From Zygnema circumcarinatum SAG 698-1b (Eukaryota > Plantae > Zygnematophyceae), in contig CM074814.1 in assembly GCA_037447605.1 (NCBI GenBank), positions 186,001 through 250,000 on the forward strand: 64,000 nt of DNA, read 5' to 3'. Each line of letters opens with the position of its first letter. Position 1 is the first letter of the stretch. A program made the position numbers and the translations under genes. The notes under the pieces were generated by a model. That model was not told the DNA's origin. It did no database searches and was given only the letters and a program-made list of their open reading frames with translations. Positions 1 through 11,904 of this stretch are shown here, piece by piece.

Positions 1-436
1 TTCATCGAAACATTAGCGAGCAGAGGTTTGGAACAACATTCATATACATGTCACTTTTTTCTCATTTCAACTCTTGACATTTGATGATGTTTGAGACTGT
101 GTAACGTCCAGCAACTGATCAATTGTAGTCTAAAGGGGAACTAACTTCATTTCCAAAAACAGGATCGAGTTTCTCTACGTCCTCGCACCCAAAACTCATC
201 CCTGGAAATGCGCTCGTCTACACTAAAGCCTGATTCCTGTTCAAAACAGATGAAGAATCAGTCCTCGTATTGACAAGAAGTTACACTAACTGTGCTATCT
301 CCCATGTACAGCAAATATAACATTAACGCAAATAGACCCCCCGAACCTTTCGAACAGAGGCAGAGCTCCCTGTAAGCTTTAAGATCAACCTCAAAGATCA
401 ACCTCAAAGAAACCTCGATGACTGCACACAGGAGGA

Positions 437-3400
437 TCAACCCAAAGAGTTCAACTGCAGTTCCAGCCTCTTTGCTGCCCTCAGGGCCTCCAAAGCCTCC
501 GCACTATTCCCCGCCTTCTTGAATTGCAGAGCTTTAACTTTTTCCGCCCGAATCTGTCCCTCCAAACTTTGTCTGTCCGCCACTCCAACGCCTGCCTTAG
601 CTCCCTCCGGCTCTGTCGGAGCGACAGGTGTTACCCCAGGATTGGCTTGCCCCTTACTTGCCGGTCCTGCAGCTTGCTTCTGCGGAACCGGTTGGGTATT
701 TGCAGGTTGATTCTTTGAACTGACCGTTGAACCACTCCGAACAGAACCGGCCCCACCTCCCCCTCCACCCCCTCCTCCTCCTAACCCTAAACTCCGTAAA
801 TTTGCCATCAATTGTGCGTCAAATCCATCATCATCATCGTCATCATTTTCAAAAAGAAAGCTTGGTGGGGGTGGAAGCTTAGCAGCAGGTTTCACAGGTG
901 CTGAAGCTGCACTGCCACTAGGGCCTACCTTAGCAGTCCCTCGACCCCCTCCTGCAGCTTGCTTCTGCGAAACCGGCTGGGTATTTGCCGGTTGATTCTT
1001 TGAACTGACAGTTGAACTATTCCGAACAGAGCCGGCCCCTCCTCCCCTTCCACCCCCTCCACCCCCTCCTCCTCCTAACCCTAAACTCCGTAAATTTGCC
1101 ATCAATTGTGCGTCCAGTCCATCATCATCATCGTCATCATTTTCAAAAAGAAAGCTTGGTGGGGGTGGAAGCTTTGCAGCAGATCTCACAGGTGTTGGAG
1201 CTGCACTTCCACTAGGACCTAACTTAGCAGGATTACTAGTCGATATTTGAGAGAGAGATGACTTTTCTTCTGTTACTTTAGCGGTTCCCAAGCCTGCTTC
1301 CGAGCCAGAATTTCCTGAACTCTCTTCACTCAGAACCTTCCTAGAAGGTCCTCCACCCTGCCCTTGGACTTCCAGTAACTTGGCTGCTTTCAGCTCCTTC
1401 ATGGCCTCCTCCAGATTCCCCTCCTTCTTAAAAGCGAGAGCTTTCCGCTTATGCGCCAATATCCTCTCTGCTATTGGAATCTCCGATGGCTGTGTAACCA
1501 AATCTTTCTGCTCTCTCTCGCCCTCTCCCGTGGGTCTATTGTCTACATTCTCTGCCTGAGTCGTACTAACTGATACCCCACTTTCTTGTTTAACTTGATC
1601 ATCAACGTTACGCATCAAGTCTGGAGGTGAACCGAAAGAGTCTAAATAGCCCTCCTTTTTGTGGGAATTAATTGAAGGATTCTCTGAAGATAACACCCTT
1701 AGCTTGTCACTTTCAAAGCTACCACTGTGGTCGGTCCCACTCACCATTAGAGTGGGAGCTTGCTGGGTCACACCTGAAGTTAAAAATGAAGCATCTTTTG
1801 GCTTTTCATTTGAGCTTAGACTAGGAGCAGTTTCAGGATTCAAACCTGACTTCCAAGCCACAACTTTCCCCTCCAAAAGTCTCGCCTTTGCAAGCTCTTC
1901 TCTCGCTCCCACAATATCTCCCTCTCTCTTCAAAGCGAGGGCCCTTCTCTTGAAGGCCATGATGTCAGCCTCCATCTGAGGGATACTCCCTCCTCCGTCC
2001 CTCTCTTCAGTTGCTGGCAAAGTAGTATCTCTCTCTTCCCTATTCAAGGTGAGCGGCTTTTGATCAAATCCCACCTCTGCACTCCCTGTGGCTCTCTCCC
2101 CCTCTCTCTGCTCTCCTTCCCTCTCTGCGCTCTCCCTCTGCAGCCTTTGCTGCTTTTCCTTCTCGTCAGATGCTAGCAGTGTAGCAGGTGGCGGCACTTG
2201 CTTTTTTGATACATCTTGCAGAGCAGCTGGTTGTGAGAGTTTCCGAGGCGGAGGAGGAGCTACTCCAATGCGAGATAAGGCAGCTCTCAGATCATCGTCA
2301 AACACGTCATCCTCTTCCTCCTCCTCCATGTTTTCCCCACCTCTAGACTTTTCACTCCCTTTCTCCTCTACTTTCTTCACATCTGTCCGCCCTGCTCCTG
2401 TTAAAGTGGCAGCTTGGTGCGTCCCAATTGAAGTTAACTTGGAAACATCTTTCTGACTCTCATTTGAGCTTAAACTGGGAGCAGTTTCAGGGTTCAAACC
2501 TGACTTCAAAGCTGCAACTTTCCCCTCCAAAAGCTTCGCCTTTGCAAGCTCTTCTCTCGCTCCCACAATATCTCCCTCTCTCTTCAAAGTGAGTGCCCTT
2601 CTCTTGAAGGCCATAATGTCTGTCTCCATCTGCGGGATACTCTCTCCTCCTTCCCTCCCTTCACTCGCTCGCTCTTTAGCATCTCTTTCTTCTCTATTCA
2701 AGTTGAGCGACTTCCGGTCAGTCCCCCCCTCTGCATTGTCTGTCATTCTCTCTTTTTCTCTCTGCTCGGTCTGCTCTCTCTGTAACTGCCCTGTTTCTGT
2801 GTCTGCACTCTCTCTCTGTGGCCTTAATGGTTGCTCCTTTTCCTTCCTTTCAAATGCTGGACTCTTATCCTGCACTTTTGGCACCTTTGGAGGGGGAGGA
2901 GGTAAGCCCATGCGAATTAAAGCAGCTCTCATATCTTCATCAAAAACATCATCCTCTTCCTCCTCCTCCTCCTCCTCTCCCTCTCCTTCATCTTCAACTC
3001 CTCCACTCCGTCTCTCCTCTTCCTTCCTCACCTTCGTCTGCTCTCCTACTCCGGACTCCTTAGATTTTAACCCTTCCTTCGATGCAAACTTTCCAAACGA
3101 ACTCGGATGTGGCAAGTTTAAGCGGCCCATATCCACAGGCACTCCTATTTCCCCGTATTCACCAGCAAAGGGATCATTCTCTTCCGTTTTTCCACTTTTT
3201 CCTACATCCGGAACCTTCTTCTCTGCTGTTCCATCGTTTTTTTTTTCCGGAGTAAGAACAGAGCCACCTACCTGCAGACCATCGGGAGCAGCTAAAGCTG
3301 CACTTGAAGCAAAACCATCTTGAAGTTTCAGCTCCAAGTTCTTCGCTTGCCGGAACTCGAAAGTTGCCTCTGCAATTTTTCCTTCTCTTTTCAATGCAAG

Positions 3401-5966
3401 AGCTTTCAACTTATGTTCCCTCACCAGCTTCTGAATTTCTTCCGAACTCATTTGAGCTGAGAAATTACTTCCAAAAACTGCCGAGTCTGCAGTAGCTGAT
3501 AAAGATGACGTCACCGAGGTCGATGATGACTTTATGGTTAACGGAACGGAGGGAGGGGGAGAAACTGAAGGAAGAATTTCTGCCTTTTTCTCTTCTTCCC
3601 ACCCCATATTCTTCAATGCAGCTGCAAATTCTGGGTTTTCTTCATCATCTTCGTCGACCTCGACATCACTATTCTCATCTTCAACATCATTTTGCTTAGC
3701 CAAGAACTCATTAAGTTCCGATTCTAAAACTTTTGACTTCTTCAATTCTCGGGCAGCCCCTCCCAAATCTCCCTCTCTCTTCAAACTCAAAGCAGCCTTT
3801 TTGTGCTCTAATATCTTCTCCCGATATTCTGCCTCACTTTTAGGACTGTTAACGACATTAACCTTACTTTCACTTTGACTTTGCGAAGTAACAGCTGCCC
3901 TGACCGGAGCTTCCTCAATCCAACCCATAGCTTTCAAAGCAGCTTTCATTTCGGGATCTTTTTCGTCATCCTCTGTAACTTGTACATTCACATCATCCTC
4001 TTCTCCTTCTTCAAACATTGCCATTTTTTCCACAGCTTTCATATCCAAAGCAGCTCCTCCATGGCCTTTATCAAAGCCCCCCAAATCAGCCGCCGAAATA
4101 AAAAGATCGTCGTCCTCCTCCTCTTCCTCTCCTCCCCCTACCTCCATCTCCTCCAACTTCTGCTCTATCATTTTTGCCTTCTTCAATTCCTGTACCGCTT
4201 CTGTGACTCTTCCCTCTCTCTTTAACATTAACGCATTCCGTTTCAACTCCATAGCTTCTTGTTCCATTGATTTTTTCTTCGACACAACATTCACAGCAGC
4301 TGCCTGCAGTGCCATCTGCTGCGAGGGGAGAGGTCTCTCTTTCTTCACTGCAACAACCTCTTTACCACCTCCCGCTCTCTCTCCCTCTCTCCCTCCTCCT
4401 TCCCAGCCCACTTCCCTTAACATAGAAGTCAGTTCCGGATCATTCATATCTGAGTCGTCTACTTCCACATCCTCATCATCTTCCCCAAATTTTGCAATTT
4501 TACTTAAATCTAATTCAAATCCCCCAACTCCACCACCAAAGTCTGCAACTTTATTAGCTTTCTGGACCTGGTTCCAATCCATATCATCTATTTTGGGGAA
4601 ATCGAATTCCTCCTCTTCGTCTCCGCTTCCTCCATCTTCTCCCAGCAAAGCTTCATCTTCCACTTGTTTCTCCAAAATCTTCGCCTGCTTGAGCTCCTGT
4701 ACGGCCTCCGTCAATTTTCCCTCTCTCTTAAACAGTAGCGCCCTTTTCTTGTGCTCTAATACACGCCCTTGTAGTCCACCCCCAACCCCTCCATCACTTG
4801 CACTCCCTCCCAACATTATTCCAACCTTTGGCTTCTCATCATTCCACCCTAATTCCTTCAAATCAGCCAAAAAGTCATCCTCCTCCCCTTTACTCTTTCC
4901 CCCTTTCACCTCTCTTACCTTCGCTCCACTCGCACTCCCTCCCTTCTCCTCCACTCCTTCCTTCTTCTCCTTCTGCCTCTCATTCAGCTTTGCAACTACA
5001 GGCACAGGCGGCGGATCAAACTCATCCGCTTCCTTTTCTAATTCCTTCGCCTTTTTTAATTGACGACGAGATGCATCAGACAATCCCTCCTTCCTATACA
5101 AAGCCGCCTTCTCCCTCAGCTTCTTCGCTTCCTCCCTCAACTTAGCTGCCATTGCAGGGTCTTGAGACATTTTCGGAGCAGAAACATTTTCAACTTTCAC
5201 CGCAGCGCCCTTGCGGCCTCTCTCCCACCTTGATTCCAACAATTCCTCCACTAAGTTGACCTGCTCCACTTCCCGGGCTTTCCTCCTTTCTTTTCCCGCC
5301 GGCAGTTTTGCCGAGTTGATAATTTTCGCAGCGGCATCCGGCCCCAGAAATTCCACCAGAAGCTCATCGTCATCTTTTTCAAATTTATGATCACGACCTG
5401 CATAAGGCATGAGGTTCCAGCAATTCCATCAGGAGACAAACGAAATAGACTAATTTGTGACAATGAACTGCGCAAAAAAGACTTGAAGAAAGGTGTGTCC
5501 AAGACAGGAGGAGAATGCAATCGAGAGGGCTGGGGGAGGGAGAGGGAGAGGGGAGGGAGANNNNNNNNNNGGAGAGGGAGGGGGGAAGGGAGATGGAGGG
5601 AGGAGGGAGAGGGAGGGGGGAAGGGAGAGGGAGGGGGAGAGGGAGAGGGGGAGAGGGAGAGAGAGGGGAGCAGGATCTGACCTGCTATCCTGTCCTTCCT
5701 CGCTTCCGTCTTCTCCTGCAACTTCGCTTCATGCTCCTCTCGACAGGCATCGCATACTCTCACAGGCACTCCGCTAGTGGGCATAAGCACCAAATTTTGA
5801 GTGCAGGCGCTGCAGAAGACTCCGCCGCACTGTCGGCAGTCATGCTGCTCACGCCGCACCACGATCCCCCCCAATAAGAATCAAATAGGGTTCATGAAAG
5901 AAAATGATGGGGTTCCAGAGACATTCAGTAGCTGCTCAGGACCTCCAACATTCATATATATTTATA

Positions 5967-6025
<59 letters not shown>

Positions 6026-6333
6026 TTTGGAGGCCGTAAAAAGTTTTCTGTAGCGGTTTCAAGCGTGGTTTGGTTCCCTGAAGTGCTGTTCTAGGGTTTG
6101 AGTGTTCTTGATTAGTAAGAATGGATGCCACTGAAGAGCTCACGGCGCTCTTAGTGCGTTTATCTTCCTTCTCATTTTTATTTTTTACTACTTTTGAAAA
6201 AAGTTACTCATTCTTCGCGTACCTTTCGATGCAGCAGATTGAATTTTGTGTTACAATTTTCGCAATTTGAATCTTGCTTTGTATTGCCGCTGCTGCGAGG
6301 AGACGAAGATATTTTGTTCCTGCTGCTCTTCAT
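437..6333 (-). CDS. FYVE4: FYVE-domain protein with DM14-like helical repeats (plant FYVE4/At1g61690-like ESCRT-III regulator), ~1744 aa, 3 coding exons: 6333-6223, 5844-5682, 5397-437
   Basis: Splicing at GT 6222/AG 5845 and GT 5681/AG 5398 keeps frame and joins CENCNTKFNLLHRK|HDCRQCGGVFCSACT...VRVCDAC (8-Cys FYVE zinc finger) to the 1657-aa ORF. That ORF has 9 copies of KxxALxxKREGxxxEAxxxLxxAKxLE. FYVE plus these repeats is the architecture recalled for plant FYVE4. Confidence 0.85.
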
Positions 6334-6337
6334 GGAG

Positions 6338-6909
6338 CTGGTCTTTCTTTGTCTCACTCTCTCGCTCTCTCCCTCTCTCGCTCTCTCCCTCTCTTCCCCA
6401 CTCTCTCTCTCTCTCCCCCTCACTCTCTCTCTCCCTCCTCACTCTCTCTCCCTCCTCACTCTCTCTCTCTCCCCTCTCGCGCTCTCTCTCACCCTCGCCC
6501 TCTCTCGCCCCCTCTCTCTCGCTCTCTCTCTGTCTCTCCCCCACTCTCTCTCTCACTCTCTCTCTCCCCTCTCTCTCTCCCTCCTCTCTCTCTCCCCTCT
6601 CGCCCTCTCTCTCACCCTCGCCCTCTCTCTCCCTCTCGCTTTCTCTTTTTCTCTCTCTCTCTCCCCCACTCTCTCTCCCTCACTCTCTCTCTCCCTCACT
6701 CTCTCTCTCCCTCACTCTCTCTCTCTCTCTCCTTTCTCTTTCTCCCCTCTCGCTCTCTCTATCACCCTCGCCCTCTCTCGCCCCCTCTCTCTCGCTCTCT
6801 CTCTCTATTTCTCTCTCTCTCTCTCGCTCTCTCTCTCTCCCCCCCTCGCTCTCCCGCTTCCTTTCTCCTCACAGCCCCAGGCAAACTTCACCCTGATTCT
6901 TGCTGTCAC
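6338..6909 (-). repeat. GA/CT low-complexity tract filling a 5'-UTR intron of the FYVE4-like gene
   Basis: ~500 bp of (CT)n/CCCT/CGCT-type repeats between donor GAG|GTGACA (6909) and acceptor CAG (6338), just upstream of ATG 6333. Confidence 0.7.
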
Positions 6910-7938
6910 CTCGCCAGTTTATTCAGCAAAATGATGCGTCTTCAACGCCTCGTTTATCACCGGGTAAAAACTACAAATGCCGCCGCAGTGATAATAATAA
7001 ACTGCAGGGCATTGGCAACAATACAGCGCCGCCTCTCCCTGCTTTTCCCTCACAAAAAAAAAGAAAAAAAAAAAATCAGAATGTGTGATTGATTCAGTCT
7101 GCCTGCAAACCTCGTCGTCAGCTCGTACTTGGGCGCGTCAACCCTTGACCATGCGGTGAGGAAACAAACCAGAAACAGTACGTGGATACTCGATGTTTTG
7201 TTGGAATTTGTGAAAACTATGTACTCGTTCTAACTATGGTATGGCTTCGCAAAGTCAAAGCTTGGCACTTGAATCAAAAATTCAGAACTAGTATCTGTTT
7301 CGCACGTTATATATGAAACCAATGGAGTAAAGACTACTTAATTCGGAAACAGTGGCCAAGGCAGTTTTCTTCAAATATTTTCAAGATTGACGAGCCCTAA
7401 TGGGTCCGCAGTTCGTCAGCTGACGCTCTAAAGTTGCAAACTGAGATGGCCAGTTTGCAAATCTGGGAAACTGTTTTCAACTGCGGCTGGACTGCAACCG
7501 CTCGCACGTGCGAGCTTGTTGCACAGCGGATGAAAATCGGAGGGGCCGCTAGCTCCAATGGGAGAGCGCCACGTGCACATTCAAACGGTCCAGGTACGTC
7601 CCCCCCAGCTTCACGTATTCGTACAGTACGAAACACAACCCGTACAGTACGGTTCTTGTTACTGTACCTTCAAATCCAGTTTCAGCTTCCATCCTCTTCC
7701 TGTAGTTGATCTTTTTGCATACAGGAGGGCATTTTTATGCAGCAGTAGTAGCACCCTGACATAATTTTTCTTTAAGAAAAACAAAAAATCATAAGATATC
7801 TACGTTTAAGGCAGACATGAAATTACCAGTTTCTGAAGTTTCTGAACGTTTCTGAAGTTGCTGGAAGTTGCCTCTTTTGATTTAGTTTCCTGCATTTCTT
7901 AAGAGCTAAAAGGGCTCCTGATTGATTGATTTGCTGCC

Positions 7939-10900
7939 ATGGCTCGGCTCTGCCCTTGTCAAGCCGTACCCATGAATTCCTGCTGTACGGACAAACATCT
8001 TCCCCAGTTAGGGTTTGTTAGAAACGGTAAAAGCTGCAAATATTTGCAGAGAAAGATAAACCATCCTGTTGATTCTAAACTATTTAACAGACTCTCGAGC
8101 CTCAGAACCGTTCCAGGACTCCACCTCTCCTTTCGCCTCTACATCTCTGCTCCTGAATCACTCACTTCCCCTTCCCACTCCCACCCCCTCTCCCTCCTCC
8201 TCCCTGCCCCTCGCTCTCCCGCCCGAAAACTCTTCCAAACAACGTCTGCAGTCATCAAAACCGAGGAACTGAAAATTCTCCCACGCATTGAAGAAACGAT
8301 AGGCAACACTCCCATGGTGTACTTGAACCGCGTGTCTGCAAGATGCGGTGCAAGAATAGCCTGCAAGATGGAAGCTTTTGAGCCATGTCGGTCAGTGAAG
8401 GACCGAATAGCTCTGGCCATGGTGGAAGATGCGGAGGAGAAGGGCCTCATCGTTCCGGGAAAGAGCACTCTCGTGGAGGCGACAAGTGGCAACACGGGTG
8501 TGGGTCTCGCATTCATCTGCGCCACAAAGGGGTACAAGCTCATCCTCTGCATGCCGGAGGATCAGAGCATCGAGAGGAGAATACTTGTGCAGGCGTTCGG
8601 AGCACAGGTGAAGCGGGGCTGGATGGATGGATGGATGAAATGGCTCCATGTCGCTTTTTTTTGGCAATGAATGTTTGGGTTCACGTCTCCTTGGAGGTGC
8701 TTCTTTTTGGTGAAGGGTTGTTGAGTGTGAATGTCGGTTCTGTTACGTTGGTGAAGAGCATGAATGAGCCAGCACAACTATACAATGCTGTTGTTATGAT
8801 GCAAGGACAGGAGTCTGTTAAGGTGCCACTAACTTTTGCGGTTTTGTCCTAAATTTGCTAAATTTGGACAAATTGACGTTTCTTATCTAGTAGAAGCTCC
8901 TCGGGAGACACCACGTAAGAACTAGGAAAAGAGGTTCACCTTTTGGCCCTTTTTTTAAGGTTCCAGCAAACCCTAATCTGGATGAATTTCGCATGGAAAC
9001 TGTTGTGGCGGCGATACAGGTCATTCTCACTCCTAAGAACCTAGCAATGACCGGCGCCATCAAGAAGGCGGAAAATCTCTGCGCCAAGATTCCAGGAGCG
9101 CATAGTCTGCAGCAGTTCAAAAATCCTTCAAACCCACGGTGCCACTTTGAGACAACAGGGCCTGAGATATGGAGGGACACAAAGGGAAAGGTAAGAAATT
9201 CGTTACTTTTTCTACCTCTTTTCATTATTTACGTGTCTCCTCAATGATAACCCTAGCATCTTTCTCCTACATTCTTGGCTGCTGCTAGCACCTTGCTTGA
9301 CCTGAGATCCTAGTTTATTATCGTCTCCCGTGTATGTGCGACAGATAGATTTTTTGATTGCTGGAGTTGGCACTGGAGGAACAATCACTGGCTGCGGAGA
9401 GTTTCTGAAAAGCCAAAATAGTCTTGTGCAAATTGTGGCTGTGGAGCCCAGTGAAAGCGCCGTCATATCAGGTAAGCAGACTCTTTCAAGTTTTCAGGGT
9501 TACTAGGACATTAAATCGTTTAGTGACTTCCTGGGTAGTTATTGGAGTGATCTGCATACAACAGGATAAATATGATTTTGAATCCTTCAGAGTGAAACGT
9601 TATTGCGGTTCAATTTCGCACGTAGGTACGGCCTAAATTCCTACGTACTACGTCCTTAAGCGAGGATTATTCTAAGAGCTTGGTTCTTGCTTTTCTTGCA
9701 CGTATTGTCAAGTGGTGTAAGTGATAAGACTGTTGCGTTTTGGAGCACTCTCCGTCCGACAGGTGGCAGGCCAGGATACCATCAAATACAAGGCATTGGA
9801 GCTGGCTTTGTACCGGAAGTCCTCAACATCGACATTCTCGATGAGATCATTAGGGTAAGGACTGGCAAGAGGTGGCACACCTTGGCATCATCACTTTCCC
9901 TCGCTCTCCATTCCTCTCCTTCCCTCCGTTTCGCTCGTCTTTCTTTCAATAACGTCTCTTTTTCCTTCTCCTACCACTTTTTCACACATTTCATTCTCTC
10001 TCTCTCCCTCTCCCTCTCCCTTTCCCTCCCACTCCCTTTCCCTTTCCCTCTCCCTCTCCCTCTCCCTTTCCCTCTCCCTCTCCCTCTCCCTTTCCCTCTC
10101 CCTCTCCCTCTCCCTCTCCCTCTCCCACTCCCTCTCCCTCTCTGTGTTTCTCTTCCTCTCTGCCACTCTCTAGCCAAACGCACCCCGTTCTATCCGGCAT
10201 TCTTCGCTTCCGTTGTCCGTTTCCTCTTCGAATGCCCACTGTCTTTGCCATCTCTCTCCTTCTTTTTCGCTCTGCGTCTCTCCCGCCCCCTATTCGGTCC
10301 CTCTCTCTTAATCACGCTCACCCTCTCTTCTTCCCTTTCAGGTCCCAAGTCGAGATGCCTTTGAAATGGCGAGAAGGCTCCATCAGGAAGAGGGCTTGAT
10401 GGTGGGAATATCATCGGGAGCTGCTGCACATGCTGCCGTTCAGATCGGAATGCGGCCAGAAAACAACGGAAAACTGATTGTGGTAGGTTCTGATTCTCTT
10501 CTGCAGCCATGTGTTAGTCATATTCCCGAATGACTACTGTCACTCGTTCGTGAATCTCCAGTGAAATTTCTCAACATTCTCTCTGGTCATCGATATGCTC
10601 GGCTTGGATGAGAGGACGTGTAATGTTGATCTGATTCCACTTGGTGGAACCGTCTGAGAACTACTGACTGAAGGAGATTGATCTCAGCTGGGATTAGAGT
10701 ATTGATCCACTGGTGAAGTGAACTAAGATTAATCTTTGAAACCCTAAAACTGCCGAGAATCTCAAAAGGTTGCTGTGAGGTTGCTTATTACATCATATCA
10801 TACTAGAGGCTATGGGTATTGATACTGTTACTCTTCCCCCCATCTCCACCCTCTCACTCTCTTAACTTTCTCTTTCTCTCTCTCTCTCTCTCTCCCCTCC

Positions 10901-11091
10901 TCTCATCCCTCCCTCTCTTCCAGTGCGTGCTTCCTAGTTTTGGGGAGAGATATATCTCCACTCCGCTGTTTGCCAAGGCTTGGCGCAACAATCTCGAGGA
11001 GGAGCAACGGATGCCGTTGGATTGGACTCAAAGGAAAGACTTGGATGAACGGCCGGATGGGCCTGGGGGGGGCGCAGTGAGCGGGCTCTAG
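7939..11091 (+). CDS. OASTL: Cysteine synthase / O-acetylserine(thiol)lyase with N-terminal transit peptide; exons 7939-8607, 9020-9190, 9345-9471, 9763-9854, 10342-10482, 10924-11091
   Basis: Motifs [18 protein letters not shown] (PLP Lys), [53 protein letters not shown]. All junctions are GT-AG and in phase. About 110-aa S/P/R-rich N-terminal extension. Confidence 0.95.
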
Positions 11092-11801
11092 AGTTCCCCC
11101 TTTGTGTACTATTGCAAAATATGTTAACGATGATAATTTCGTAGAGTTTAGGGCATTTGAGCCTTCAGAGTGTGCATAAAATTTTCTTCTTACTTCGCCT
11201 CTCATGTAGCTAACGCTGCTAGTCTGTTCGCCATTCAACTGGTGGCTGACCAGGAAAAAAGAACTTGGAATATCAGAGTGCCGTACTGCTGAAATTTTCA
11301 ATGGATGGCCAGGGCCGCAGGGCAGAACTGGGCTTGAATTGATGGTCTTTTGCAGAGGAACTGCTTGCTGGAATGTTGTTGTTGTATTACCTGAAGTGGG
11401 TCTTCTGCGGAGGATGCAGAAGTGCTGAGTGAAGAGTATGTATGAGCTGTTCTGCTTTGTTCGATGGGTTTGGGGGAAATCTGCGACACGGAAAGGTAGT
11501 AACTGCCACATGGGCTGAATGCATGAATGTGGTATGGTATAATGGTCTTGGCTGTGTGTTCCTATGCTGTGGGGCATGACTGCATGCGCATTGATGCCCA
11601 TGCCACCCGCTTGGTAAGGACCGTACCGTCCGTCCGTTTTAATTGTTCAAAATGAGTGGGTATAATATATGTAATAAAGTGTTTTACTTTGTAATATATT
11701 ACTAATTTTAAACCCGTTGTAAAGTATATAACATATTCGGAATTTATAACGCGGGCCATCCCCATTGGGGGGTGGTGGCTTCCTATTTTTGGCGGCTCTT
11801 T

Positions 11802-11872
11802 GCACGATACGATACGATACGGAGGGGTATGATATGATACGATACGATGCGGTACGATGCGGTACGATACGC
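11802..11872. repeat. (GATAC)n-type pentanucleotide microsatellite
   Basis: cgatacgatacgatac...gatatgatacgatacgatgcggtacgatgcggtacgatac. Confidence 0.7.
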
Positions 11873-11904
11873 TATCCTGTCTTTAAAGATGTTTTTTTCA
11901 TTAT

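Noticed and set aside
519-5145. Ser/Pro-rich + strand ORFs antisense to FYVE4 (and similar ones opposite the kinase exon)
   Set aside because: Shadow ORFs of a purine-rich coding strand with no recognisable motifs.
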